From Octopus sinensis (Eukaryota), in NCBI RefSeq assembly GCF_006345805.1, contig NW_021834280.1, positions 1 to 49,768 on the forward strand: a stretch of 49,768 nt of DNA, given 5' to 3'. The notes below the pieces were generated by a model. The model was not told the origin of the DNA. It ran no database searches and worked only from the letters and a program-made list of their open reading frames with translations. The position numbers were made by a program, and so were the translations under genes. Shown piece by piece: positions 1-13,050 of the stretch (positions are counted from its first letter, which is position 1; each line of letters starts with the position of its first letter).

Positions 1-52
1 TGCATGTCGTTTAAGTCCTCCTGCCGATTACACTCTCTTCCACATGTCTGAC

Positions 53-54
<2 letters not shown>

Positions 55-83
<29 letters not shown>

Positions 84-126
84 CATACATACATACATAC
101 ATACATACATACATACATACATACAT
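55..126. repeat. (TACA)n microsatellite
   Basis: Pure tetranucleotide run. Confidence 0.95.
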
Positions 127-481
127 GCATAGACCTAGATATGTAGACATACATGTAAGAACTCACATAAATGGGGTTGCAAGTAAAAAGTAAACCAAGA
201 AGGAAGCAAACATTCTGCGCTAAAGTCAGACCGGTAACTTAAAATATAGAAATTTATTTCTATGAGACAACATGTGACGGACTCAAGTGAATATGAAATG
301 TGATACAGACAATACTTTCGCAAAACACTGAAATAATATAAAGTAGATACTGGAAAAGTAGTTCGGAGGCACACGGGTGAAAGCATAGAAATGTGAACTG
401 CATGAGCTGAAAGAAAAACTTACATTCAGAACAGAGAAATAAAAACATATAAATCTAACCCACCATCAGTCAGGCGCCCTC

Positions 482-865
482 CCTCCCTGCGTCCAGAGGT
501 CCTCCTTGCCAAGACTCCCCAGTTCCTTCTGTGTTGAACTGCAGGCATACAATCAGCCAAGCTCTGTTTCCAGACCATTCTTTGACGTCAATTATCCACA
601 AACATCTCTACTCTCTTATTCACCACACTTCCAGTCGGGATGGACTTAGGCAATGATTTGTGGCGCATTCTATCACCAAAATATGATAACTTCTCGGACT
701 TGATTCTCCACATTGTGTCATTGGACTTTCAGCTTTCCTAATACTCCAACGTTCATTACAGTGTCTTTTTAGTTTATTCTTCTCAATCTGCAAAAGATCC
801 ACATATCAACGTCAGCTATTTTCTTTTTCATTGCTCTGTATATAGTTCAGATTTCTGTCCCCGAG
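482..865 (-). pseudogene. Decayed RTE-clade LINE, C-terminal part of the ORF
   Basis: Minus-strand translation across frameshifts gives GTEI*TIYRAMKKKIADVDMWIFCRLRRIN*KDTVMNVGVL, KLSYFGDRMRHKSLPKSI, WIIDVKEWSG and SLADCMPAVQHRRNWGVL. These match the RTE pattern YGxETWTL..KKI.AFEMWCWRR.LRI.W, KL.YFGH.MR and W.DD.KEW.G; both stops fall at expected Trp codons. Confidence 0.85.
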
Positions 866-1099
866 ATCACAATCGACATAATATAACAAGATAATATAAT
901 AAATCTACCTTTATAACGCCAAATACTGAACAGTTTATTTGTCATAAATCCTAAATTTGTGCGCTTTAGTTTCATCGTAAACAACGCAATCTTTGTAAAA
1001 GGAATCCATCAGAAAAACCGTGTCTAAGCGACTTGACGTCCATATGAAGAAGACAGCGAGGAAGCTGTAAAGATAGAAGAGCTAAATCAGGGCTAATGT

Positions 1100-1438
1100 A
1101 AATATGTTGAACATAAATAATATAGAATTAATGGCACAGTATTGGAAAGTATCTCAACGAATAACGAACGGAAAATTCGTAATCCTAGATAATGTAACAG
1201 AATATTGGTTCCAGAATTTCACCTCTTATTCTCAAGATTTGATTACACTGCGTGAAAAAAGTACAAACTTGGTAAATGGTTGTCAACTGCCTCGGTCCCG
1301 TTGAAACTTCTGGGAACTTACGCAGACACCCTTGGACTACATCTCTGGAGCCACCAGGTCTTGTATTTGGGATCTTTGAGATAAAGGGGTAAAATTAAAA
1401 TAATAAATAATAAATAATAAATAATAATAAATAATAAA
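1100..1438 (+). mobile_element. Possible highly decayed R4/Dong-like LINE fragment with AT-rich tail
   Basis: Peptide TNGKFVILDNVTEYWFQNFTSYSQDL resembles the pre-RT motif NWKSPGxD...FWxK.LT of RLE-type LINEs; followed by (TAATAAA)n at about 1400-1438. Weak similarity only. Confidence 0.35.
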
Positions 1439-1734
1439 CGCTTTAGTTCCATATTGAAAATATTCCAATAAAAAGTTTTCCTGTATTTGCGGGTATTAAT
1501 CCTTGTCAAAAGTTTTAGATATTTTACATGTAAGGGCACCAATATTCAGTCTGTTCGGGGACCCAGGATCCCTTCTGCTCAATCCTTCCATTACTCGTAA
1601 TCAATCATTCCAAACCATAACCAAAACTTAGTACCCAATATCCTGCCAGAACATCATTTATGAGCTATATACTGTCCACTGCAATTTCTCCATAGAGGAT
1701 CATTCTCCCACCACCAATATTTAGCATCTGAACA

Positions 1735-2491
1735 GGTGAGGTTGTGTGGGTGAGAAGTTTACTTCCCAACCACATGGTTCCAGGTTCAGTCCCACTGCGT
1801 GGTACCTTGGGCAGGTGTCTTCTACTATAGTCACAGGCTGGCCAAAGCCTTGTGAGTGGATTTGGTAGACGGAAACTGAAAGAAAGCCATCGTATATGTA
1901 TGTATATGTATGTATGTATATGTATTTATATTTATATGTGTGTGTGTGTCTGTCGGTGTTTGTGTGTGTCTTTGTGTCTGTGTTTGTTCCCCACCACCGT
2001 TTGACAAGCAGTGTTGGTGTGTTTACGTCCCTGTGACTAAACGGTTCGGCAAATAGCGACCAATAGAATAAGTACCAGGTTTTACAAAAAATAAGTATTG
2101 GGGTCGATTCGTTCGACTAAAATTCTTTAAAGGGAAAAATTTGACAAGTCAGTCGGTCACTGGCTGACATTCGCTGACGATACATCGAAGAGGCCAGGGA
2201 ACAGAAGAAAGAAGATATGCAACCAACACCAGAGCTGAAGACACCTCCGAAAGGGGGAGGGGGGCCCGCCACGTCAAAATGGTAGAGGATTAGGGGCCGA
2301 AACCGGACTTGGTTCCTTCTGATGATGTCTTGAGCTAACTGGATCCTGTAAAGGAGCTGTTGTGGTAGCAGACCACGAAACACGGTTGTAATTCTTTTCA
2401 ATTAGGGTCCTTTTTCTTCGACTAAAACGACCCTTGCAGAGCGATGCTCCAGCACGGCCGCGATCCAGTGACTGAAAACAAAACAAAAAGA
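1735..2491 (+). mobile_element. SINE family A (tRNA-like head, CORE-like domain, internal (TA)/(TG) tract), interrupted by an insertion at about 2123-2404
   Basis: Head ..ccacatggttccaggttcagtcccactgcgtgg, CORE-like accttgggcaggtgtcttctactatag and tail ccagcacggccg..gactgaaa; colinear with copies at 45621 and 46904. Confidence 0.9.
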
Positions 2492-2865
2492 CTTTGATTA
2501 TATTGCTGCGTACATCATTTTCAAATTCGCCATTGCTGTTGTCTGATGGTTTTTCGCGTCACAGACGTTTGTCTTTCCTATTTTTATTACATAACTCGTT
2601 ATTATCAGGTTAATATTATTTGACACGTCTATTATGTAATCACACTGCTTCACTTCATATGCTACTATTTAAAAAATGGCCATTATATATATTTTTTGAT
2701 TATGCTCTGTTTTATTTATTTTATTCATATATTTATTTTCTGCTCCGACAGGGCGCTCCATCATGACCTCAACGTTGATAGAGAACACAAATAGAAAATC
2801 TAATAAAAAAAAAAATATATATATATATATATAATAGTATTGTTGTTTATATTTTGTTATAATTT

Positions 2866-2982
2866 GTGTGTGTGTATGTGTGAGTGTGTGTGAGCGAGTA
2901 AATGTTATGTTTTATGTGTTTGTTGGTTCTTTATTCCGTGGAGGTTCATTTCTTGTGCATATGCGTGTGTGTGTGTATGTGT

Positions 2983-3024
<42 letters not shown>

Positions 3025-3142
3025 CATATCTGTATGTGTATCTGAATCTTTTTTGTGTATGGGTGTGTGTATCAGGAGCTGTGAGTCAATGAATGTGTAT
3101 GTGTATATAAATGAGCGTGTAGATATGTGAAACTGTGTGTAC

Positions 3143-3174
<32 letters not shown>

Positions 3175-3690
3175 ATCTTTCATTGCGTCTATGCATGTGT
3201 GTATGTGCATTTCTGAAAGTATATATACACATATGCGTATGTGTATAGAGGTATGTGTGTGTACCTGTCATTGTGCACGTTGTCTATGTGAATGTATATG
3301 TGTGTGTGACTAAGTGTAGTTATGTGTGAAAGAATATGTGCGTATGACTGTGTGTCGATGCATATGTATGTGTGGCTGTGTGTATAGGTATGTATGTGTG
3401 TGTAACTAAAATTTTCAGCACCCAGTGTGTCTATAGCTATATGTCCATGTGTGTATACCTTTAGGCGTGGGTTTGTGTGTGTGAATGAATGTGTAAGTGG
3501 CTGTATGCGGCCGAGTGTGCACGTGTGGTGCATATGCATGTGTATGTTTCACTGTATTTGAGATTGCATAACGTATATATGTGTGCGCATGTGTACCTGT
3601 ACGTGTTCGAGTAACTGCGTGCGTTTTTGTGTGTCACCGAGTATGAGTGTTTGATTGTATGTCTGTAAGTATGTATGCGTGCATGTAAGT
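2866..3690. repeat. Degenerate (GT)n/(GTAT)n low-complexity tract
   Basis: Direct inspection. Confidence 0.9.
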
Positions 3691-3693
3691 GAG

Positions 3694-4012
3694 GGCGCGT
3701 GGCTTAGTGGTTAGGGCATTCGGCTCATGATCGTAAGGTTGTGAGTTCGATTCCTGGCGACGCGTTGTGTCCTTGAGCAAGACACTTTATTTCACGTTGC
3801 TCCAGTCCACTCAGCTGGCAAAAATGAGTTGTACTTGTATTTCAAAGGGTCAGCCTTGTCACTCTCTGTGTCACGCTGATTATCCCCGAGAACTACGTTA
3901 AGGGTACACGTGTCTGTGGAATGCTCAGCCATTTGCACGTTAATTTCACGAGCAAGCTGTTCCGTTGATCGTATCAGCTGGGACCCTCGTCGTCGTAACC
4001 GGCGGAGTCTTT
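3694..4012 (+). mobile_element. SINE family B (tRNA-derived, CORE-like), near full length
   Basis: Pol III A box TGGCTTAGTGG, B box GTTCGATTC and CORE-like tgtgtccttgagcaagacacttt; candidate TSD ATGCGTGCATGT at 3675-3686 and 4014-4025; homologous to copies at 17283 and 19525. Confidence 0.9.
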
Positions 4013-4429
4013 AATGCGTGCATGTCCTGTTATGTGTGTATGCGTCTGTATGCATGTCTCAACACATGTATGTATATGGGTGTCTGGGTTTCGTTTGCGT
4101 CTGACGAAGACCTGAACGAATCTCTACGTGTGTCTATCTTCACACATGCGCAGACGTATGTATCAATGTTTGCCTGTGTGTGTATGCAATTGGAATATTT
4201 ACACATAAGACTGAATGTGCGTCTGTAAGCGTGTGTTTATGTGAATGCGTGCATATGTGTCTATGTGAATGTGTGTGTGTGTATCTGTTTGTTTGCGTGT
4301 GTGTTTATGTAAGTATGACTGTGTAAAAGCGAGATCTCTTCGATTCTCAGTGTCTGTGTGTGCGTGGATTTGTGTGAGCGTGTCTGTATGTTTATATGTG
4401 AGTGACTGTGTGTGTGTGTGTGTGTGTGT

Positions 4430-4475
<46 letters not shown>

Positions 4476-4764
4476 TGTGTGTTTAAGCGTCTGTATGTAT
4501 GTGGGTTTCTGCATGTATTTTGGAATATATAGCTTTGCCTGAACGTAAGAAGTAGTCAATCCGTGAATGGATGAATGACTGAAAGAATGAGCGAATAAGC
4601 AAATGAGCGAACGAGCGAATTAGCGAATGAATGAATGGAAATAAAAGGGAAGGAGAGGAGAAGGAAGGACCATAATTAGTTTTCCTCTCTTGAAAGGCAG
4701 AGTAACAGAATTTTCCCACTCAAGCTTTTTCTTGTGGAATGCATGGACACCCCTGTGTGATTTG

Positions 4765-4872
4765 TGTGTGTGTGTGCGTATACACACACACGCACACACA
4801 TCTATATATACATACATATAGACATATATTTACATAGATACATATGTATACATAGATACACATTTATGTATA

Positions 4873-4919
<47 letters not shown>

Positions 4920-5076
4920 GTATATATATGTATATATATGTATATACATGCATGTGTGTGCGCGTGTATGTATATACACACACACACATATATATATGTA
5001 TACGTGTGTATGCGTGTGTCTGTATTTGTATGTATATGTATGTATACATGTGCGTGTGTATATGTTTGAGTGTGTA

Positions 5077-5109
<33 letters not shown>

Positions 5110-5310
5110 GTTTGTGTGTGTGTATAAATATATACATATATACATACACATATATATATATATGCCAGGCATATGTACACATATATGTATATATTTATAT
5201 ATACATAAATATATACACACACATATATGTGTGTGTATGTGTGAGCAACTGGGTGTGTATGTTTGCATTTGTGTGTACGTCTGTATGTACGTCTGTGTGT
5301 GTGTGTGTAC
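4765..5310. repeat. Compound (TA)n/(TG)n/(CA)n microsatellite
   Basis: Direct inspection. Confidence 0.95.
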
Positions 5311-5496
5311 TTTTACTCTTTTTAATTTAGCGCTAGTTTTGCCCGGTCACCTACTTGGTAGCAAGGCTTTCAAAGAAAGCAATCTTCTTTTGTTCAACAT
5401 CTTTTAAATCTCGAAAGGTGCCCCCGCTTTTATTTGATACAGGCATCTTGCACGTATGTATGTTTGTGTGGATGGATTGATGGATGGATGGATGGG

Positions 5497-5531
<35 letters not shown>

Positions 5532-5561
5532 ATGGATGAATGGATGGATGGATGGATGTCT

Positions 5562-6268
5562 GACAGGTCACTAGTGAGGTTTCTGTGAGTGCAACTGGTA
5601 ACATGGAATCCAGTACAAACTGTTGCATGGTCGGGTCATCGGCGACTAAACTGGCACCCACACTAGGCTTGCCGGGTGAGGAGGGTTGTTCGAAACTCAA
5701 CGGGACTATATACGAGACCAGTCAAAACGACGGAAGAACCTAGTGTAGGTTCAGCAACTACCTTGCAAAAGCACAGGCCAGGCCCTAAAAAATTCCAGGT
5801 TGGTGTCCTGTGTGTTGGGAGACCGCTGGGAGTAATGCACTCCTTAGATTTTGTTAAAAGCGTATCTCCAGGAGAAGGTTACTCTGATATAAAACCAGAT
5901 ATACAGGGAAATGCACTGAATAATTTAGGGATCTTTTACTTCTGTTTGAAATCATGGCACATCTACATTCCTGAGCCTATCAACCATATTGGCACTGTGT
6001 GTCTTTCCCCGGAAGGGTCTGTGAGGTACTGTGCAAGCGTAATTGGGCCTAACAGTTTGGCTAGTGAATTGGTGGTGAAGCAACTATCAGGTGCCTGGTC
6101 GAGTTGCAGGGCGCCGTGGGTAGCATGGAAGGCTCGGACGCGAACCCTTGTTAAGATGATTACTGGAGCACTAAACTACTAAACTCATGCAAGGGTATTG
6201 CTGGCACTTTGCATGGGCAATAGTCAGTGATGATCTTCCTCGGTCCTGAGTGGGCCGCTACCACTTTC
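5562..6268 (+). mobile_element. Probable non-autonomous RTE-related element (5'UTR-like), between (GATG)n and an (ATGT)n tail
   Basis: Island richer in GC than its surroundings. ctccaggagaaggttactctgatataaaacc resembles the RTE 5'-region motif ctaggagaagg-aaactctga..aaacc (from memory); ends in a tetranucleotide tail. Confidence 0.4.
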
Positions 6269-6364
6269 ATGTATGTATGTATGTATGTATGTATGTATGT
6301 ATGTATGCATGTATGTATGTATGTATGTGTGTATGTATGTACGTACGTACGTATGTATTATTAA

Positions 6365-6578
6365 GGCGGTGAAATGGCAGAATCGTTAGTACGCTGGGTA
6401 AAATGCCAAGCGGCGTTTCATCCGTCTTTACGTTCTGAGTTCAAATTCCGCTGAGGTCGACTTTGCCTTTAATCCCTTCGGGGCCGATTAAATAAGTACC
6501 AGTTAGGCACTGGGGCCGATGTAATCAACTTAATAACTTCCCGCACATTGGAGGCTTTGTGCTTTCAGTAGAAACGAA

Positions 6579-6647
<69 letters not shown>

Positions 6648-6878
6648 CATTATTATTAATTTTGAAGGTGGTAACCTGACAGAATCGTTAGTACGCCGGT
6701 CAAAATGCTTAGCAGTATCTTCGTCCGTTTTCACGTTTTGAGTTCAAATTCCGCCGAGATCGACCTTGCCTTTCATCCTGGCGGAATCGATAAAGTAATT
6801 GCCAGTGAAACACTGTGGTCGATGTAATCTAGTCTCCTCCCCAAAATTTAGGACCTTGTGTGCTTATAATAGAAAGAA
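6365..6878 (+). mobile_element. Two SINE family C copies (about 6365-6577 and 6667-6878) separated by (ATT)n
   Basis: ggcggtga..ggcagaatcgttag head, B-box-like gagttcaaattcc and central gaggtcgactttgcctttcatcc..ggggtcgat..aagtaccag; same family as 34962-35610. Confidence 0.9.
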
Positions 6879-7215
6879 TTATTATTATTTTTATTATTAT
6901 TATCATCATCATCATCATCATCATCATCATTCTTGCACCTATGTTTAAGACCTTAGGATCTACGTTCAAAATTCATTCATTCCAAGCAACAACGGCAATC
7001 TGTGGAGAAGCATATACGCCACGGAATCTCGTGTTTGAATTACAGCTTCCCAAATTTCAACCCACCCCACACACCACCCCGTCCTTCGTTTTTCCCAACA
7101 ATGCAAAAGGTTTGTTGGTAAAAATAAACATTTTTTTACTACAAAGCTAACAACGGAAGAAAGCTAACCGAAACAGCTTCGACAAGGAAACTCACTTATC
7201 GACGGATGTTAACGC

Positions 7216-7270
<55 letters not shown>

Positions 7271-7442
7271 AATGATGATAATAATAAATATGATAATGAT
7301 AATAGTGATTTCTTTTATTTGCCAGTGAAGGATGAAGGGGGCAACAACAACAACAACAATAATAATAATAATAATAATATGAATAATAATAATAATATTA
7401 ATTATAATTATAATGATGTTGATAATTATAATGATGATCATG

Positions 7443-7500
<58 letters not shown>

Positions 7501-7505
7501 TAATA

Positions 7506-7591
<86 letters not shown>

Positions 7592-7640
7592 GATGATGAT
7601 GATTATGATGATGATGGTGATGATGATGATGATGATGATG

Positions 7641-7671
<31 letters not shown>

Positions 7672-7680
7672 TAATAATCG
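7216..7680. repeat. Compound trinucleotide tract (TAG)n-(AAC)n-(AAT)n-(GAT)n
   Basis: Direct inspection; source of the poly-I, poly-M and poly-D ORFs. Confidence 0.95.
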
Positions 7681-7884
7681 TCGTTAACATTTTCATAATC
7701 ATCATCACCTCCACCACTACCACCATCACCATTCTCAACATCATCATCAGCAGATGCAGCAACAACAGCAGCAACAGTAACAACAACACACGACCAATCA
7801 ATCTACAAGAATAACAACAAAATCAATTCACGTCAATAACAACAACTGCCAAAATAGTAACAACAGCAACAGCAACAACAGTTT

Positions 7885-8560
7885 GTATTTTTTCTTTATC
7901 CTTTATCTTTCACATCTTTCAGGCATTGGGCTGAGGCCATACTGGAGCATCGACTTGCAAGGTCTTTCTGGAAGAAATGCAAGCCCCGTACTTATATGTT
8001 ATGGAGTTCGATGCTTATTCTATCAGTTGCATTTGCCAAGTTACTGGGACATAAACAAACCAACACCAGTTGTCAGCGGTGGGGGCGAAGAACTCAGAGA
8101 CACATGGATACATGTGCCCGTGTGCGCGTGAGCGTGTGCGTGTGTGTGCGCGTGTATGTGTGTGTGTGTGTGCATATTCTTTTATTTTTTTATTTGTTTC
8201 AGTCATTTGACTGGAGTAATTTTATAAGCTTTGTAATTATTCTATTGGTTTATTTTGTCGAACTGCTAAGTTACGGTTGTCAAGCGGAGCTAGGTGGGGA
8301 GGGGGCAAATTCAGTCTCACAGACACACACACATAAATATATACACATATATATTGACGACGGGATTCTTTCAGTTTCCGTCTAGCAAATCTAGTTACAA
8401 GGCTTTGGTCGGCCTGAAGTTATAGTAAAAGACATTTGCCCAAGTTACAAGGCATTGGCCAGCCCTGGGTTATAATAGAAGTTACTTGCCCAATGTGCCG
8501 TGAAGTGGGACTGAACCCGAATCCACGTGAATGTAAATCAAGCTTCTTAACCACAGAGCC
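7885..8560 (-). mobile_element. SINE family A: tail fragment (about 7885-8130) plus near-complete copy (about 8175-8560) with a duplicated CORE segment
   Basis: Reverse complement of family A head and tail; about 50-bp tandem duplication ttgggcaa..gccttgtaac at about 8394-8493. Confidence 0.85.
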
Positions 8561-8709
8561 AAAAAACCAATCTGCCGCAGCAGTAACAACAATTTAGAAT
8601 AAGAAAATGTTAGCAACAACAACGAACATTCATCTACAAATAGGAACAACAACAACAACATCAATTACAACAATAACATCAGCAACCAGAATAGTCTATA
8701 AACTTAATA

Positions 8710-9318
8710 TATTTCCAAATTTTGACACAAACCCAGAAATTTTAGTGCGAGGGGACTCGTGTTTATATCGACCCAAATGCTTGACTGGTTATTATTGTAT
8801 CGACCCTGAAAGATTGAATGCTTATAAGAATTCGCCCTCCTCCCTCCCACCATGCTAACGATTCTGTCAGCTCGCAATCTTGATAATAGTTTCAAATTTT
8901 GGCGCAAGGTCAGCAAGTTTTGAGGGGAGAGGAGAGGTCGAGTACATTGACCCCTGCAGCAGTTGACGGCTAATTATTTTACCGACCCCAAAAGAATGAA
9001 AGGCAAACCAACCTCAGCAGCATTTGAACTCAGGGAGTACAGGATGAGGAAATGCTGCGTAGCATTTTGCCCGGTGTGCTAACTCACCGCCTTAATAGTA
9101 ATCCTTTCCACCACAGACACAAGGTCTGAAAATTTCGGGGGAGAGAGTTAAGTCGACCACATCGACCTCAGTGCGTAACTGGTACTTGTTTTATCGAACC
9201 CCGAAGGAATGGAAAGCAAAGTTGACCTCGGTGGAATTTGAATTCAGAACGCAAGGACGGACGAAATACTGCTAATCATTTTGCCAGGTATGCTAACGAT
9301 TCTGCCTGCTCTCCGCCT
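8710..9318 (-). mobile_element. Three decayed SINE family C copies in tandem
   Basis: Repeated atcgacccc..aaaggatgaaaggcaaagtcgacctcggcggaatttgaa-like blocks ending in ccgcc. Confidence 0.8.
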
Positions 9319-9340
9319 TATTATTATTATTATTTTTATT

Positions 9341-9865
9341 ATGGCTTCTGATCTTAACTGATTGGAAGTGTCATCATGTACCTTGTTTTGTCTTGGTATA
9401 AAAGATGGGCTACAGCAAATATTCTGCTCAATACCACAGATTTGCTTGTCAGTTTTTTTACCTTAACCAGTTGACCATGACCCTTAATGGCTGACAATAT
9501 GTGCATCTCTGATCGCAAGCAGAAGTAGCAGGGGAGCACCATAGCGATGTACTGCGAATAACTCTTTGGGTTTTGGATAAGTCAACTCTGGAAACATGAA
9601 TGTTTCGTTAAACCTCCTTAAACAACTCTTATTCAGGGATCTTTTGAGCGGGATGGGCTACTCGACCTGAAGAAAATTCCAACAGGGCCTCACCTGCAAC
9701 GTCATGCGTTTTTAATCTTGATATGAGATCACCATGTCGCGCACACATGGTTATGATGCATGGACCTGGTGTACCCTTATCAGACGGGTAGTTATGATGG
9801 GTATACTGGGCTTCGTATATTTGTACCCCAGTGTCACTTTGATGGCATGCACTGCCTTCTCACTC
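9341..9865 (+). mobile_element. (AAT)n-tailed 0.5-kb non-coding retroposon, copy 1 (5'-truncated)
   Basis: Highly similar to 23330-23864 and 41551-42076; same 3' end ctcactc followed by (AAT)n. Confidence 0.85.
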
Positions 9866-9915
<50 letters not shown>

Positions 9916-10304
9916 TACTAATAACTTTTTTATTGGTCACAAAGGCCAAAGACATGGAGGACAATATCGAAGGATGAGTTACAGCAGACACACAAAAAAA
10001 TTACAAAAATTCGTGGGGTTAACATCGATCAAGGGGAGATACTACCACATTAAAGGATATAACAGAGGATATATAATAGAAAGTAGAGAAATAAATTAGT
10101 AAATAAATAAATAGAAAAATTTCAACAACAATAGTAACAAGAAAAACAACAACAACAACAACAACAACAGAATAACAATTGCAACATCGACAACAACAAC
10201 ACAACAGCAAAAACAACAGCAGTAACAATAACAGCAGAAAGAATAAAAGTATCTTCAACTTGAATAAAGTTTTATCAGTATTTCAAGGAACTTTTTTGAC
10301 GTTG

Positions 10305-10845
10305 AGGCCTGGCCGAATCGTTAGGCTGCCGGAGAAAATGCTTGGTAGCATTTCGTCCGTCTTCACGTTCTGGGTTCAAATACTGCGGAGGTCGACTTGC
10401 CCTTATCCTTTCATGGTGGATAAAATAATTACCATTTGAGTTGTGAGGTCGACGTAATTGACATTTCTCCCCCCTGCCCCGAAATTGCTGGCCTTGTGCC
10501 AAAGTTTTCAAGAAGTATTTCAAGCATTTTTAAGGCGGTGACCTGGCAGAATTGTTAACGGTATTTCGTCCATCTTTACGTTCCGAGTTCAAGTGCCACC
10601 GAGGCCGACTTTTCCTTTCTACCTTTTGGGATCCATAAAGTAAGTACTGGGGTCGATGTAATCGACTGGTCCCCTCCCTTGAAATTTCTGGCCTTTAGCT
10701 AAAATTTTAAATCAATATTTTATGTATTTTTGACAAAAATGTGGGCGTAGGCTTGGTTGTGTGGTAAAAAGGTTGCTTCCCAACCATATTGGTCCGGGTT
10801 CAGTCCCACTATATGGCACCTTGGGCAAGTGTCCTCTCTGCTACC
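10305..10845 (+). mobile_element. Two SINE C copies (about 10305-10510 and 10533-10710) and a SINE A head fragment (about 10744-10845)
   Basis: Similarity to the other copies in the window. Confidence 0.8.
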
Positions 10846-11299
10846 CACTGCTACCTATATCCCCACCAACACCAAAACTATCACCAGCCACTCAACCAGG
10901 TATAAGTGAGGGAATGAAATTTGCAAACCCATTTTTTCAGGAGGTTGTTAAAAGCGTTTTCATTGCACCCCAACCCCAGCTCCAAAATAAGATTACTGGG
11001 TGCATTTGCATCCTTGCGGTCCCTGTTCCCAACCCTATGCAACCTGGATCCAACCACAAAGTCTCTTCGTTGTTGGTCAGTCTGCTAGAAATAACTCAAC
11101 CGAATTGATCTCCATTAAATCACAGCCTACAGTCTCAGGAGACATTGGATAATGTAGACGTTGGTAGACTTAGCCAGTAATGTTTATTTTTTATGAAGGG
11201 CTGGATGGTCACGAATGAAACGGCATTTATGATAGGGCTCCTTGATCAAAACTGTTGCTTCTTGTTACTGTTTAACCAGAGATGACCCAACGCTTTTCA

Positions 11300-11520
11300 T
11301 GTTTGTGTGTCTGTGTTGTTCCCCCCAACATCGCTTGACAAACGATGCTGATGTGTTTACGTTGCCGTAAATTAGCGGTTCGGCAAAAAGCGACCGATAG
11401 AATAAGCACTAGGCTTACAAGGAATAAGTCCTGGGTCGATTTGCTCGACTAAAGGCAGTGCTCCAGCATGGCCACAGTCAAATAACTGAAACATGTAAGA
11501 GAGTAAAGAGTAAAAGAGTG
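11300..11520 (+). mobile_element. SINE A 3' half
   Basis: ccaacatcgcttgaca..ttagcggttcggcaaaa..gtaaaagag is near-identical to 47190-47370. Confidence 0.9.
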
Positions 11521-12154
11521 TCTAAATCTTGTATGGACCCCGCAGAGATTTGTGTGGGCGCTGTTTGAGGACCCTTGATAAAGATAAAGGGTTAGTCAGA
11601 CGTGAATTGCTTTCAGTTATGTATGAGTTTAAACAACACCATCAACAGCAGCAACAGAAACGGTGAGAACAGCGTCGCGAGCAGTAACAGCAGTATCAAC
11701 TCCATCTGCAGCAGCAGTAATAGCAGCAGCAGCAACAGCATCAGCAGCGGTGGCAGCATAAACAACATCGGCAGCGAGCACATTCGACGGCATATCACAT
11801 CAAAAACACAATATGATTTCACTGCAGTGGTTGGATTACAAGGAGGATGGTTTACGTAGGACTTCGTTTCGGAACAACCTGAAAGTTTGGTGAGAATTTT
11901 TTTATCGACAAAAGGAAAGACGAAAAGTAAGAAGGAAGGAAAGGAAAAAAAGTAAGTAGAAAAAGAATGAGTGAAAGAAAAAGTGAATGAGTGAGAGAGA
12001 GAGAAGGAGAGAAGAAAGAATGAAAGTGAGTTTAGATAACAATAAATAAACGTTTAAAGAGAAATATATTTGGATAATTAACACATTATATTATATTAAT
12101 AATATAACATAATATGATATTATATAATATAATACAACATGGTAATATTATATA

Positions 12155-12185
<31 letters not shown>

Positions 12186-12186
12186 T

Positions 12187-12322
12187 GATAAAAATGGTAA
12201 GATAACAAAAGAAAGAAAGAGACCTCAATATTATGTAAATAGAGGAATTTATCTGTAATTGTAATATGTGACAATTATTCGGTAGCCAAGATAAAACTCC
12301 GAGTTTCGGACGCCGAGGTGCA
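12187..12322 (-). mobile_element. (TA)n-adjacent short fragment carrying a possible 3' half of a hammerhead motif
   Basis: Minus strand reads ggcgtcc-GAAA-CTCGGAG-TT; no CUGANGA half is present. Confidence 0.3.
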
Positions 12323-12689
12323 CATATACGTGTGTGTGTCGTGTATATGTGTACAAAATATATACATATACATACCTGTGCACACACACAAACATACACA
12401 CACACACAAACAAAAACACACGCATATACACACACTGATGTATATATACGCACAAAGATGTATAGTTTACTTTTTCAAATTTGAAAACACGTGCGCGTTT
12501 ATGTGTGTGCATGTGCATGCGTGTTTGTGTGTGTATGTGTGCGTGCGTGCATGTGCATGAGGGTGTGTGCACGTGTGTGCATGCGTGTGTGTGTGTGTGT
12601 AAATATATATAGACAGACACACCTATATATAATGCATATTCATAGACATAGTATGTATATTTTTGCAAGACAGGCCCAGACAGTTGAGC

Positions 12690-12798
12690 AGGTAGATAGA
12701 AGGAGAGATCGAAAGGGAGAGAGAGAGTAAGAAAGATAGAAAGAGAGAGTAAAGAAGTCTGAGGTAGAGAGAGAGAGAGAAGGAGAGAGAGACAGAGG

Positions 12799-12830
<32 letters not shown>

Positions 12831-13050
12831 TGCAGCGTGTGACAGACAGACATATAAACAAAGACTGTTTTTATTTTTGTAAAGAGGACGAGTCGGAAAG
12901 AGCGCGCTAAAGATAGAGAGACTGTATGTAGGGAAGAGAGACAAAGAGAAGGAGAGATAGAAAGATCGAAAGAGAGAGAGAAACAGAGAAACAGAGAGAG
13001 AGATGGGGGAAGAGAAAATGGAGACAGAGATAGAGAGTGAGTGAGAAAGA
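12690..13050. repeat. Degenerate (GA)n purine tract
   Basis: Direct inspection. Confidence 0.9.

Noticed and set aside
3694-3770. tRNA gene
   Set aside because: A and B boxes are present, but the sequence runs into a CORE-like SINE body and recurs with it; it is a SINE head.
5676-6182. 168-aa ORF as a gene
   Set aside because: Non-ATG start, no recognisable motif, and located within a probable retroelement-derived island.
7152-7183. Hammerhead-like CGGAAGA..GAAACAGCTTC
   Set aside because: The core is mutated, stem II does not pair and there is no stem I.
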